From positions 18,441 to 82,440 of the forward strand of contig CAZOJE010000003.1 in the NCBI GenBank assembly GCA_964580065.1: DNA of 64,000 nucleotides, given 5' to 3'. This DNA is from an uncultured Candidatus Saccharibacteria bacterium. Lineage in GTDB: Bacteria; Patescibacteriota; UBA1384; DTJR01. Position numbers and translations under genes: made by a program. Below are positions 51,698 to 61,552 of the stretch, one piece after another. Every line of letters begins with the position of its first letter. Position 1 is the stretch's first letter. A model generated the notes under the pieces. That model worked only from the letters and a program-made list of their open reading frames with translations. It was not told where the DNA came from and did not search any database.

Positions 51698-53065
51698 TTA
51701 TTCCGGAGAATCCTCGCGTTTTTTGTCCAGCGTCAAAAATCGTCTGTATTCCGGATGGAAATAAAGCTCAACGTCGCCAATCGGGCCATTACGGTGTTTT
51801 TTAATCAATATTTGAGTAATCCCTTTCCTTTCGGTGTCAGGTTCATAATAGTCTTCTCTATAAATAAACATCACCACATCAGCGTCTTGCTCAATTGAAC
51901 CGCTTTCACGTAAGTCAGCCAGCTGGGGAATTTTCGGCGAGCGCATTTCCACGGCGCGCGACAGCTGTGACAGGGCAATCACCGGCACGGTTAGCTCGCG
52001 AGCCAAGGCCTTAAGCCCTCGAGAGATTTCTGATACTTCCTGAACCCTGTTGGCTTCTCCCGAAGATCCCTTTGAGTCGATTAACTGGAGGTAGTCGACG
52101 ATAATCATGCCTAAACCATTTTCGGCCTGCAAACGACGCGCTTTAGACCTAATATCCATAACAGTCATAAGCGGCGTGTCATCAATATAAATTGGCGATT
52201 CCGAGAGAACGCCCATAGCATAGTTTATTTTGGAAAAGTCATCTTCTCGCAGATTTCCCGTTCGCATGCGCCAAGAATCGATACCGGCTTCAATTGTCAG
52301 CAAGGAATCAACCAGCTGATCACGGCTCATTTCAAGAGAAAAAACGCCAACTGGTATTTTGGCATCGCGAGCGGCATTCAGGGCAATATTCAAAGCCAAA
52401 GATGTTTTACCCATTGACGGGCGGGCGGCTAAAATTATCAAGTCAGATTTTTGAAACCCCGCTAACAAGTTGTCTAAATCACGAAAGCCACTAGTCACCC
52501 CGCGCAATTGGCCTTTATTTTCGTGCAATTCATTAATACGCTCAAAAGTTTCCGATAAAACATCTTTAATCGGCACAAAATCGTTGGAAATAAAGCGTTC
52601 CGAAACAGAAAAAAGGGATTGCTCCGACTTATCCAGCAGAGCTGTAACCTCATCTTTTTCATCGTAACTCCGTTCGATTATTTCGGTAGCCGCCTTAATC
52701 AAACGTCGCAAAACCGATTTTTGAGCCACAATTTCAGCATGTTCAACAATGTGAGCTGACGACAAAACTTGGTTAGCTAAATGAGCCAAATAAGTCGCCC
52801 CGCCTGCCCGCTCAAGCCTTTTGTTTTTTCTTAGCCCTTCAGTCAAAGTGACTAAATCGATTGGAATTCTTTTTTCGCTAAGCTGAAGCATATGGCGATA
52901 AATTTCCTGATGGTCGTCGCGATAAAAGTCTTCACCCTGCAAAATTGTTGAAACTTTAAAAATCGCGTCCTTATCGAGCAAAATTGCTCCCAAAACCGAC
53001 GCTTCCGCCTCAACATTTTGCGGCGGCACCTTGCCCAACTGATCTTTTGCTCTTGTTTCCGGCAC
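51698..53065 (-). CDS. dnaB: Replicative DNA helicase DnaB
   Basis: 455 aa with Walker A ARPSMGKTS and an N-terminal primase-interaction domain. Confidence 0.9.
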   Translation of the reverse strand: MPETRAKDQLGKVPPQNVEAEASVLGAILLDKDAIFKVSTILQGEDFYRDDHQEIYRHMLQLSEKRIPIDLVTLTEGLRKNKRLERAGGATYLAHLANQVLSSAHIVEHAEIVAQKSVLRRLIKAATEIIERSYDEKDEVTALLDKSEQSLFSVSERFISNDFVPIKDVLSETFERINELHENKGQLRGVTSGFRDLDNLLAGFQKSDLIILAARPSMGKTSLALNIALNAARDAKIPVGVFSLEMSRDQLVDSLLTIEAGIDSWRMRTGNLREDDFSKINYAMGVLSESPIYIDDTPLMTVMDIRSKARRLQAENGLGMIIVDYLQLIDSKGSSGEANRVQEVSEISRGLKALARELTVPVIALSQLSRAVEMRSPKIPQLADLRESGSIEQDADVVMFIYREDYYEPDTERKGITQILIKKHRNGPIGDVELYFHPEYRRFLTLDKKREDSPE

Positions 53066-53086
53066 TTTTTGCTCCAGTTAAATTAA

Positions 53087-54520
53087 TTATTCGTTTGCAA
53101 AACCAAAAACTTCCCCAATCTCCTGCGCCAAATCTTCTTCCTTAATAATGCGACAAGAAATTTGTTTTTTTCCTTCTAGCACAGAATCAACCGCTAGACA
53201 AATAGAAGCAAAATTATTTTTATTTGTAATTGTATCTTTGTGAAAAGGATATTCTACCGAAATGACCAACTCGTCGTCTAAAAGCGCCCAAGAGGCCGAA
53301 CCCAACAAGTTAGCTAACGGCTTGTTTTTTTGGCTGATTTGCTCAATGATGGCAATTTTAGCTTCGCTGGAAAAAACGCTGAATTTTTTAGCATTCGTTG
53401 GCGGGGTTTTTTCTGTTTTGATATCTTTAGCGTTTGTTTTAACGGTTTTTTCCGACGGCGAGCCCTCTTCACCCGATAAAGACTTCTCCGTTTCCACTGC
53501 TAAACCAGTGGCGCACAATTCGATTGCCGCCAGCTCCAATGGCAAAGCACCAATTGGTGAAAGTTTGCTGTCAGAAACCGCCACCAAAAGACGCCTAATC
53601 GCTCTTAATTCAAAGGTGACATCTGATCCGTTAATTGCTCCTTCAACCGCATTTTCCCGCAAGCGAACAATCAGACTGTTTAAAAAATGCTCAAAATCAA
53701 TTCCCCGAGTGCCCAAGGCCTCAATCACCGTAAGAGACTGCTTCAAATTTTTAGTTTTTATAAGTTCGATAAACTCATCAATTTCCCCACTTTGAGTCAA
53801 ATTGAGGATCTTTTTGGCCATCTCAATCGAAAAATCTTCTTTGTTAAGGTGGGGCAGAATTTGGTCAAAAACCGATTGAGCATCACGAAATGAACCACCG
53901 CTTGAGCGATAAATTAAATCCATCAGCTCATCAGTGATTTTAACGCCCTCCGCTTTAGCAATCTGATTCAAATTTTTTTCGATCATTTCTTTTTTGCCCA
54001 AGCGAAAATCAAACTTTTGGCAACGAGAAATAATCGTTTCCGGCACTTTGTGGATTTCAGTTGTCGCAAAAATAAAAATGCTGTGGCTGGGCGGTTCTTC
54101 GAGGGTTTTAAGTAGAGCATTAAACGCTTCTTTCGTTAGCATGTGCACTTCGTCGATAATGTAAACTTTTTTCTTGCCCACACTTGGTGAAAAATTAATT
54201 TTTTCTCGCAAATCCCTAATATCATCAACGCTTCGATTCGAAGCGGCATCTATCTCAATCAGATCAATGAAATGCCCTTGAGCAATGGCCTTGCAGTTGG
54301 CACAAACGCCGCAGGGCTTATTTTTTTCGTCCAAACAATTCACCGCTTTGGCCAAAAGCCGTGCGATACTGGTTTTCCCCACACCACGCGGACCGGTAAA
54401 AAGATAAGCGTGACCGACATGGCCGGATTTAAGAGCATTTTCTAGCGTCTTAACCACATGCTCTTGACCGACAACATCTTTAAAAGTTTGGGGGCGATAT
54501 TTGCGATAAATTGTAGACAT
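53087..54520 (-). CDS. dnaX: DNA polymerase III subunit gamma/tau
   Basis: YRPQTF..VVGQEHVV...GHAYLFTGPRGVGKTS clamp-loader AAA+ motifs plus a CxxC zinc module. Confidence 0.9.
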   Translation of the reverse strand: MSTIYRKYRPQTFKDVVGQEHVVKTLENALKSGHVGHAYLFTGPRGVGKTSIARLLAKAVNCLDEKNKPCGVCANCKAIAQGHFIDLIEIDAASNRSVDDIRDLREKINFSPSVGKKKVYIIDEVHMLTKEAFNALLKTLEEPPSHSIFIFATTEIHKVPETIISRCQKFDFRLGKKEMIEKNLNQIAKAEGVKITDELMDLIYRSSGGSFRDAQSVFDQILPHLNKEDFSIEMAKKILNLTQSGEIDEFIELIKTKNLKQSLTVIEALGTRGIDFEHFLNSLIVRLRENAVEGAINGSDVTFELRAIRRLLVAVSDSKLSPIGALPLELAAIELCATGLAVETEKSLSGEEGSPSEKTVKTNAKDIKTEKTPPTNAKKFSVFSSEAKIAIIEQISQKNKPLANLLGSASWALLDDELVISVEYPFHKDTITNKNNFASICLAVDSVLEGKKQISCRIIKEEDLAQEIGEVFGFANE

Positions 54521-54644
54521 AAAAAGATACCCAAGTTAATTTTGCGCCAATGTACAAAGCCAATCTAATAAAAAAACTCTGTAATTATAAATTACACAAT
54601 GACATATTTAAGTCAAAACTTTTAGGTGTTATTCTATAGTTACA

Positions 54645-55556
54645 ATGTCCAAATCGATTTTACGCCAAGCCCTAGTAAAAGAAATAGCACCGGAGTTAAA
54701 ATTATCTGGAGCAAAAACCAGATCTCTTGTTTTGGCCGTCGAAAATATTGTTGCTAATGAGATTAAAGACAAGGGGCGCGTACAAATAACTCGTTTCGGC
54801 ACTTTTTACAAACGAACCCGTCCCAGCCGTGTTATCAAAACTGTTCGCGGCCAAAAAAGCAAACTCTTGCTCGAAAAAGAAGCCCTTAAATTCATCGCCT
54901 CCAAGGATTTTAAAGACGTTTTATTAAATAAAACGAGAAAAAAACCGAAGCCAAAAAAATTGTCCGAGACATCTTCAGCGAATGAATCAACCTTTATCCC
55001 GATAAAAATAAACGGCCAAATTGTTAAAAAAATTTCTGAAAAAGCGGCGCAACAGATAGAAGAAAATATTGAAAAAATTAAAACCTTAAAGCCGACTCAA
55101 AAAATCAAATTGCCGCCTTTAGCCATTCACACTCGAGTAGAAAAAGACAAAATCGTTTCTTCGATTAAAAAAAGGATTGCCGCCGCCGCGCGCGCCAATG
55201 CCAAAAGCACCCCCCTTAAAAAAGAGTTATCAGCGGCCGAAAAAATCTTCAGCCGATTCGTCCGGCAGACTGCTCGGTTAGATAAAAAGTGCATGGACTT
55301 TTCGATCCCCTGCCAAAAAGCCAATCCGATGGAAAAAACTACTATTTTTGCCGGTCGCCCCAGAATAATCATCGGGCACATTCCCACTGTCAATTTGCAA
55401 AACTATTTATTTGACGTCGCCGACTTGCACGAATCCAGTCTGCCTCAAGTAAGGTTTGTCGCCATCAAAAAAGACGGTTATGATAAAAATATCATGCTCG
55501 AAATTCACAGTCTTCCAGTCAATAACGGTTTAAGTGTTCACATTAATTTGCGATGA
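54645..55556 (+). CDS. HU/IHF-family DNA-binding domain protein with ~200-aa Lys-rich C-terminal extension
   Basis: N-terminal ~90 aa matches the HU fold (RFGTF..R..R.GRNP.T arm pattern RFGTFYKRTRPSRV). The remainder is a K-rich tail of unknown domain. Confidence 0.55.
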   Translation: MSKSILRQALVKEIAPELKLSGAKTRSLVLAVENIVANEIKDKGRVQITRFGTFYKRTRPSRVIKTVRGQKSKLLLEKEALKFIASKDFKDVLLNKTRKKPKPKKLSETSSANESTFIPIKINGQIVKKISEKAAQQIEENIEKIKTLKPTQKIKLPPLAIHTRVEKDKIVSSIKKRIAAAARANAKSTPLKKELSAAEKIFSRFVRQTARLDKKCMDFSIPCQKANPMEKTTIFAGRPRIIIGHIPTVNLQNYLFDVADLHESSLPQVRFVAIKKDGYDKNIMLEIHSLPVNNGLSVHINLR

Positions 55557-55942
55557 GTAAAAAATCGATTTTATATACTTTCCTTGGCGCCTTAGCAGTC
55601 TTTTTTCTGATTACGGCCTTTGCGGCTGCTGTATATTATTCGCGTCCTTCGGCCGACAGCTTTGCCGCCACCGTTCCTTTGCCGCCAAAATGGGCGCCCG
55701 AAGCCACTCCGCCAACACCGGCCGAGCCAATCGTTTTAGGCGATTCGACCGATGACGGTATTGTCAACTCAATGGATATTAACGCTCTTTTGGCTCGCTG
55801 GAAAACAGTTGACGCCGATTACGATATTGCCTCCAGCGGCGACAAAAACTTGATTAACGGTGAGGACTTAACTCAAATTTTTAAATATTGGCATTGCCAA
55901 GAACTCCTAACAGATAAAGATTGTCCTTATAAAACGGATTAA
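55553..55942 (+). CDS. Small membrane-anchored dockerin-like (Ca-binding repeat) domain protein
   Basis: N-terminal TM. DSTDDGIVNSMDINALLARW and SGDKNLINGEDLTQIFKYW resemble the duplicated dockerin type I Ca-binding segments. Confidence 0.5.
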   Translation: MSKKSILYTFLGALAVFFLITAFAAAVYYSRPSADSFAATVPLPPKWAPEATPPTPAEPIVLGDSTDDGIVNSMDINALLARWKTVDADYDIASSGDKNLINGEDLTQIFKYWHCQELLTDKDCPYKTD

Positions 55943-56034
55943 GTTTTAGCCAATTGCCCTTTTTGAAATTAAAATTTTTGGTTTTTTTTCAAAACGTGTA
56001 CACCGGCTTTAGTCGGTGGTTTTGTCTTATAAAA

Positions 56035-56445
56035 CGGAAAAGGCCACTTCTTTCCGTTCAGCGAATGCTGATTGGATGAAGTGGCCTTGGTGATGCCCGG
56101 GATATCCGAGGCGATGATGGCGGGAGGCCCAAGAGGGCCTCCCGATGACCGACCGTGATTTCCCCGCCATAAGGCGGGGTAAACTGTGAGAGGACTCTGG
56201 AGGCAATCAGAGTCCCCTCACCAACGGCTCGACATGCCCGCTGCGCTTCCGCCACATTGCTGGGGTGGCGGAAAACTATGCGAGGGTCCTGTTTCTTGGA
56301 CCGTTAACCTGCACATGCAGGACCCTCGCCGCCCTCCGTAAGGGAACTGTCCCGGTAGCAGAGGGCAAAAAAGGAGATTATGATAGCAGGTTGAACCCGA
56401 TGAACTGGGCCCAACCCTTCGGCGGCACAACTCAATAAGCTGGCC
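56035..56445 (+). ncRNA. rnpB: Probable RNase P RNA (bacterial type)
   Basis: GC-rich, structured, ORF-free. GATGCCCGGGATATCC resembles the P4 5' strand (GGAAAGUCCGGGCUCC). CCAAGAGGGCC resembles GUAAGAGCGCACC. GGGGTAAACTGTGAG resembles the GGUAAAC(U)CCACC module. AGCAGGTTGAACCCGATGAA resembles the P4 3' strand (ACAGAACCCGGCUUA). A terminator hairpin follows. Confidence 0.45.
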
Positions 56446-56473
56446 GTTAGCCCTTCAAAGGGCTAACCTTTTG
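56446..56473 (+). terminator. Hairpin GTTAGCCCTT-caa-AGGGCTAAC + CTTTT
   Basis: Perfect 9-10 bp stem followed by a T-rich tract immediately after the RNase P RNA candidate. Confidence 0.5.
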
Positions 56474-56590
56474 CGAGGATCTTCCCGACCCTCGCAGGTG
56501 TCCTAACAACCGGTTTTTTTGCGAGGATTCCGAATCCTCGCCCGTCTGCTATCTGTCTTTTGACTTCGCTAGGCCTCCCACCCAGCGAAG
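56473..56590. repeat. Cluster of three related hairpins with GCGAGG...CCTCGC arms
   Basis: GCGAGGATCTTCCCGACCCTCGC, GCGAGGATTCCGAATCCTCGC and CTTCGCTAGGCCTCCCACCCAGCGAAG lie in the dnaE 3' intergenic region. Confidence 0.4.
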
Positions 56591-56711
56591 CTCAAGTTTT
56601 CAAATTACTTAGCTAAATTGTATGACAATATAATAAAAATGCAATATCTGTCAAGACCCAAACCCTAATTAAAAATAACGCCGCACCTTAGCCAATACTT
56701 TTGGCAAAAAA

Positions 56712-59700
56712 TTACTCAAAAATTTTCTTTAGTTCATCGACCAAATCGTCAGAAAGGGCAATCTTGGTTTTAGTTTTGGCAAATTCAAAATGATTATTCT
56801 TTTTATAAGAAAGTACGAGTTCATCCTCACCCATATTTTCATCTACTATCGTTTTTATTTTTAAAATTTTTTCCTTGCCTGTGCCCTTGGGCAAAATAAC
56901 ATACACTTTTCCGTCAAAAGCAAAAGCATACTGTTTTTTCTTCAAGGCGGCATTTAGTTTTTCCGTAATATCTTCCGTTTCAGGCGCCTCATTCAAATCA
57001 ATTTCAACGATTTTATCCTCGTCTGTGCCAAGCGTTACAACGTGTTGCTCCTGTTGAGCATACTTGCTTCCACTATAAGCTTCAAATTTCAAATCGCGAA
57101 TTTTACTCGGATCAAATTTTTCCCCTTTTTCGGCCAAAATCTTAATTTCGTTGTCTTTGGTAGAAATTTTCCCCGTTACCAAAACAACATTGTCAGCTTG
57201 CCAAACTTCACCGTCTTGCTCGAGTGTTTTGGGAAAAACAAGAACTTCCGTTTTGCCAGACAAGTCCTCGATCGTGGCAAAGGCCATTGTTGAACCGTTT
57301 TTCGTGTTTATTTTTTTAACCGTTTGAATTATACCGCCCACTTTGACTTTTTTCCCTTCCATTCCCAACGTCAAAGTGTTAATCGGGTGCGACACGGCTA
57401 AATTCAGTTTCGGCCCCAGCTCTTTCAGAGGGTGTTCGCTAATATAAATGCCCAAAAGCTCTTTTTCCCATGCCAGTTTGTCATCACGGCTAGCTTCGGC
57501 AACCTCCGGTAAATCAAGTTTACCTATTTCAATATCGGCCGAAAGCACTTCGCCAAACAAACCAATTTGCGACGATTTAATTTGTTTAGCCGTGTCCTGA
57601 ATTCTTTTTAAAATTACTTCCATACCTTGCAAAACCCGATTGCGTTCCACCAATGAATCAAGAGCGCCAGACTTAGCTAAGGCCTCGAGAATTTTTTTAT
57701 TTAAAACCGTTCTTTCGCCTGTGCCTTCAACGTCAGTTTTGCTCATACGATCAATAAAATCTTCAAAATTTTTGAAACGGCCATTTTTTTTACGTTCACG
57801 AACGATCACCCGAGCCGGATTGGTCCCAATATTTTTAATTGCCGCCAAGCCAAAGCGAATATTACCCGATTCTTTAACCACACCAAAATCAACAAAACTT
57901 TCGTTGATATCGGGCGGCAAAACCTCAATGCCCATTCTCTCGCATTCGCCGATCTCAATCGCAATTCGATCAATATCGTCAAGATCATTTGTGAGAAGCG
58001 CCGCCATGAAACACTGTGGGTAGTTGGCCTTAAGATAGGCCGTTTGATAAGCAATCATGGCATAGCAAACCGCGTGAGATTTATTAAACCCATAGGCGGC
58101 GAAATCCTGCAACATGGCAAAAACTTTCTCGGCATCAGCTTTAGTGACACCATTGTTTTGTGAACCAGCAATAAATTTGACTTTCATTTCCGCCATCAGT
58201 TTGGCGATTTTTTTGCCCATGGCTTTGCGCAATTTGTCCGCTTCGCCACCGGTGAAACCAGCCATATCGCGAGAAATCTGCATCACCTGTTCCTGATAAA
58301 CCGGAATGCCATAAGTAACTTCGAGGGCCTTTTTGGTCATCGCGTGAGGATAGTTGATCGGCTCTCGGCCATTTTTGCGTGCAATGAAGGTGTCGATAAA
58401 CTGCATTGGACCGGGACGATATAAAGCCACCATCACAGCCACATCATCAAGCGTAGTCGGCTTCAATTCTCTGATATAACGTTTCATACCTGAAGACTCA
58501 AGCTGAAATACGCCTGTTGTTTCACCCTTACCCAAAAGTTCAAAAGTTTTTTTGTCGTCCAAAGGAAGATTGTGAATATCCAGTTTGTCGCCCGCCACCG
58601 CTTCGATTATTTCCAAAGCGCGCTCAATCGTGGTTAAGTTTGACAAACCCAAAAAGTCCATTTTGAGCAATCCCAGCTCCGCTACCGGATACATCGAATA
58701 TTGAGTCACCTGCTTCACACCCTCTTTTTGCGCCTGTTGTAGCGGCACGTAGCAGGTTAGCTCGTCCTTAGTGATAACGAAAGCACTGGCGTGTTGGCTG
58801 GCGTGACGCACCGTTCCCTCCAACTTAGTCGCCATATTAATGAGACGTTTGGCGCGAGGATCGCTTTCGTAAACGGCACGTAATTCCGGCGCATCTTTGA
58901 CTGATTTCTCCAAGGGAATGTGGCGGCCCTGCACCGGCGGCGGGACCACTTTAGCGATCGCGTCAACCTCCGCATAAGGATAACCGAGAGCGCGGCCAAC
59001 ATCTCTCACAGCCGCGCGCGCCGCCATCGTTCCAAAAGTAATAATGCCCGCCACCTTTTCTTCACCGTAGCGGCCGACAACATAGCCAAGCACTTCGGCG
59101 CGCCGGTGGTCAGCAAAGTCAAGATCGATATCAGGCATTTCGTGGCGATCAGGATTTAAAAATCTTTCAAAAAGTAAATCGTATTTCAGCGGATCGGCAT
59201 CAGCAATCTGCGTCAAATAAGTCACCAATGAGCCTGCCGCCGAGCCCCTGCCCGGTCCCACCATAATGCCATTTTCTTTGGCCCAGTTAACGTAGTCGGA
59301 AACAATCAAAAAGTAGCTCGAAAAACCCATATCATTAATCACCGACAGCTCATAATTCATTCTTTCGGTGATAATTTTCATTTTTTCCGGACTGGCTTTA
59401 GGATATCTAACCGGAATCCCTTTTTGACAAAGCTCGCGTAAATATTCAGCATCTGTTTTACCCTTCGGCAAGGGAAAGCTTGGCAAAAGATTAGCTTCAA
59501 ACGGGATTTCCAAATCGCACTTGTCGGCAATTTCCCGCGTATTCGAAATGGCCTCCGGCGTTTCGGCAAAAACCTTAATTAATTCCTCTGGGTCGCGAAG
59601 CGAAAAGTCGCCGTCATAAGTCATTCGGTTAGCGTCATCAACTGTTTTCCCCGTTTGCACGCAAATTAAAATATCGTGCGCCTCGCGATCTTCACGGTTG

Positions 59701-60338
59701 ATATAGTGGGAATCGCAAGTGGCTATCAATTTGGTCTTTGTTTCTTCGGCCAATTTCTTTACCAAATCGTTAGCAATCGCCTGATCGGGAATATCGGAGT
59801 GATCCTGCAGCTCCAAATAAAAATCGTCTTCCCCAAAAATATCTTTGTATTCTTGCAAAACTTTTTTGGCCCCGTCAAAATCCTTGCTCATTAAAAGCCG
59901 CGGGATTTCTCCGGCCAAACAAGCCGAGCTAGCAATCACGCCCTTGGCGTATTTTTTTAAAGTTTCTTTATCTACTCGCGGCTTATAATAGAAGCCCTCT
60001 AATTGGGCAATGCTGTCGAGCTTCATGAGATTGCGATAGCCCTCGACATTTTTAGCAATTAGAACAAGGTGGTGCGGGCTAGAGTCAAGCTTTGAGACTT
60101 TGTCGGATAATTTTCGGGGCGCAACATAAATTTCCACGCCTACCAAGGGTTTAATACCTTCTTCTTTGGCCGCTTTATAAAATTCAATTGCGCCATACAT
60201 TGCCCCGTGATCAGTGAGTGCCACTGCTTCCATACCCAATTCTTTCGCTTTTTTGACAATGGCTGTGGGAGTACCCAAACCGTCTAAAAGCGAAAAATGA
60301 GAGTGAACATGCAGGTGGACAAAGTCGGATTTACGCAT
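56712..60338 (-). CDS. dnaE: DNA polymerase III alpha subunit DnaE
   Basis: 1208 aa. PHP domain VHLHVHSHFSLLDG, polymerase core, OB domain. Confidence 0.95.
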   Translation of the reverse strand: MRKSDFVHLHVHSHFSLLDGLGTPTAIVKKAKELGMEAVALTDHGAMYGAIEFYKAAKEEGIKPLVGVEIYVAPRKLSDKVSKLDSSPHHLVLIAKNVEGYRNLMKLDSIAQLEGFYYKPRVDKETLKKYAKGVIASSACLAGEIPRLLMSKDFDGAKKVLQEYKDIFGEDDFYLELQDHSDIPDQAIANDLVKKLAEETKTKLIATCDSHYINREDREAHDILICVQTGKTVDDANRMTYDGDFSLRDPEELIKVFAETPEAISNTREIADKCDLEIPFEANLLPSFPLPKGKTDAEYLRELCQKGIPVRYPKASPEKMKIITERMNYELSVINDMGFSSYFLIVSDYVNWAKENGIMVGPGRGSAAGSLVTYLTQIADADPLKYDLLFERFLNPDRHEMPDIDLDFADHRRAEVLGYVVGRYGEEKVAGIITFGTMAARAAVRDVGRALGYPYAEVDAIAKVVPPPVQGRHIPLEKSVKDAPELRAVYESDPRAKRLINMATKLEGTVRHASQHASAFVITKDELTCYVPLQQAQKEGVKQVTQYSMYPVAELGLLKMDFLGLSNLTTIERALEIIEAVAGDKLDIHNLPLDDKKTFELLGKGETTGVFQLESSGMKRYIRELKPTTLDDVAVMVALYRPGPMQFIDTFIARKNGREPINYPHAMTKKALEVTYGIPVYQEQVMQISRDMAGFTGGEADKLRKAMGKKIAKLMAEMKVKFIAGSQNNGVTKADAEKVFAMLQDFAAYGFNKSHAVCYAMIAYQTAYLKANYPQCFMAALLTNDLDDIDRIAIEIGECERMGIEVLPPDINESFVDFGVVKESGNIRFGLAAIKNIGTNPARVIVRERKKNGRFKNFEDFIDRMSKTDVEGTGERTVLNKKILEALAKSGALDSLVERNRVLQGMEVILKRIQDTAKQIKSSQIGLFGEVLSADIEIGKLDLPEVAEASRDDKLAWEKELLGIYISEHPLKELGPKLNLAVSHPINTLTLGMEGKKVKVGGIIQTVKKINTKNGSTMAFATIEDLSGKTEVLVFPKTLEQDGEVWQADNVVLVTGKISTKDNEIKILAEKGEKFDPSKIRDLKFEAYSGSKYAQQEQHVVTLGTDEDKIVEIDLNEAPETEDITEKLNAALKKKQYAFAFDGKVYVILPKGTGKEKILKIKTIVDENMGEDELVLSYKKNNHFEFAKTKTKIALSDDLVDELKKIFE

Positions 60339-60409
60339 AAAATATAGTTTTTTATGGAGTCGCGCAACTGTTGCGCGAATCCCATCGGCTTGATATTAAC
60401 GTATCATCT

Positions 60410-60458
60410 TCGTTTATAAACGAAAAGGGCCTCGGTTGCGTTGTCGCACCCGAGGCCC
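60410..60458 (-). terminator. Rho-independent terminator for the high-GC island 2 gene (GGGCCTCGG...CCGAGGCCC + TTTTCGTTTAT on minus strand)
   Basis: 9-bp GC stem at 60427-60458 followed, on the minus strand, by a T-rich tract. Confidence 0.5.
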
Positions 60459-60482
60459 CTAGTAGTTCTCCACTATCTTCAC

Positions 60483-61001
60483 TCATCGCCTTTCGGGGAA
60501 GCCGATGAGCTCGAGCGCCTCGACAACCGATCTGGCCCACGGCGCGCCCGCCTCTTCGGCGGCCCGCGCCAGCTCAAAGGCCTTCTCGAGGAGATAATCA
60601 ACGTCTTCCTCCCTCACCTCGAGGAGAAGCTTGGCCGTTACTTCTGGCTGGCCGTTCTTGTCTCTCGCGAGGCAATCAACGGCCCGAGTCACCTTATGGG
60701 GCTGCATGCTTTTCGGCAGGCGCTCGACAAGCTCCTCGAGCGCCTTCTCAATCAGCTTTGGGTCATCCGGCCCCACCAAGGCCCCGAAGTCGAGGCCGAC
60801 ACAAACCTTCGCTCCGACATAGATCCTCCCCTTATCAAAGATAGGGGTGGCCTGCACGGCGCTCCGGACAATGTAGGCCGCTCCCGCAAGGTCCATGTGC
60901 GGGAACATGCGGCGCAACCCTTGTGTCACGGTCGGCCAGACTACCCCCTCCATCGCTCTCTGAACGACCGCCTCAACGCCTGGGGAAAACCTCACAGTCA
61001 T
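60483..61001 (-). CDS. Hypothetical protein encoded on high-GC island 2
   Basis: ATG at 61001 preceded by GAAGGAG. 172 aa, Ala/Val/Glu-rich with high-GC codon usage. No family recognised. Confidence 0.45.
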   Translation of the reverse strand: MTVRFSPGVEAVVQRAMEGVVWPTVTQGLRRMFPHMDLAGAAYIVRSAVQATPIFDKGRIYVGAKVCVGLDFGALVGPDDPKLIEKALEELVERLPKSMQPHKVTRAVDCLARDKNGQPEVTAKLLLEVREEDVDYLLEKAFELARAAEEAGAPWARSVVEALELIGFPERR

Positions 61002-61080
61002 CACTCCTTCAAGGTTCTCTCCCGCTAAAGCGGGAGTTAATAGATGCAAAACGCATCGGCAAATAATATCTTTAAACCCC

Positions 61081-61109
61081 TTGAAAGTCAATCCTTTTTT
61101 TGCTAAAAT
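61081..61109 (+). promoter_or_regulatory. Sigma70-like promoter for rpmA-rplS (TTGAAA-17-TAAAAT)
   Basis: -35 at 61081-61086, 17-nt spacer, -10 at 61104-61109, ~75 nt upstream of the rpmA start. Confidence 0.45.
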
Positions 61110-61183
61110 GCTTTCTGTTGAGGTTGTTTAAAGGCAACTAAATGTTTGAGGTTGCATAACTAGATTTTTCAACCAAGGTTAAT

Positions 61184-61540
61184 ATGGCTCATACAAAAGC
61201 AAAAGGCACCACTAAATTAGGCCGCGATTCCGAATCAAAACGCTTAGGCGTTAAGATTTATGGTGGCTCGCCAATTAAGTGCGGTCAAATTATCATCCGC
61301 CAGCGCGGCACCGCTTATATGGCTGGAGAGGGAGTCAAAGTTGGCAAAGACGATACCCTTTATTCCCTGCGCGATGGCATCGTTGAATTTAAAAAAGTTC
61401 GCTACGTTAATTTTACCGGCAACACCAAAATCAAACAGAGAGTATCTGTTAACCAGCTAAAAACCAAAACCGCCACGGCTAAAGCTCCAGCCAAGCCAGT
61501 TAAAAAACCGGCTAAAGAAAAAGCGGCAACAAAGAAATAA
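61184..61540 (+). CDS. rpmA: 50S ribosomal protein L27 with Lys/Ala-rich C-terminal extension
   Basis: [24 protein letters not shown]... canonical L27. 118 aa versus ~85 typical. Confidence 0.85.
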   Translation: MAHTKAKGTTKLGRDSESKRLGVKIYGGSPIKCGQIIIRQRGTAYMAGEGVKVGKDDTLYSLRDGIVEFKKVRYVNFTGNTKIKQRVSVNQLKTKTATAKAPAKPVKKPAKEKAATKK

Positions 61541-61552
61541 ATTTAAAATATT

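Noticed and set aside
56058-56430. Minus-strand ORFs (65 and 70 aa) inside the GC-rich region after the dockerin gene
   Set aside because: They have no RBS and Arg/Pro/Gly-rich junk translation. The region is better explained as structured RNA (RNase P RNA candidate).
60441-61028. Plus-strand 195-aa ORF on high-GC island 2
   Set aside because: It overlaps the minus-strand ORF, which has a proper SD and terminator. The plus ORF lacks an RBS and has low-complexity Arg/Leu/Pro-rich content typical of high-GC frame artefacts.
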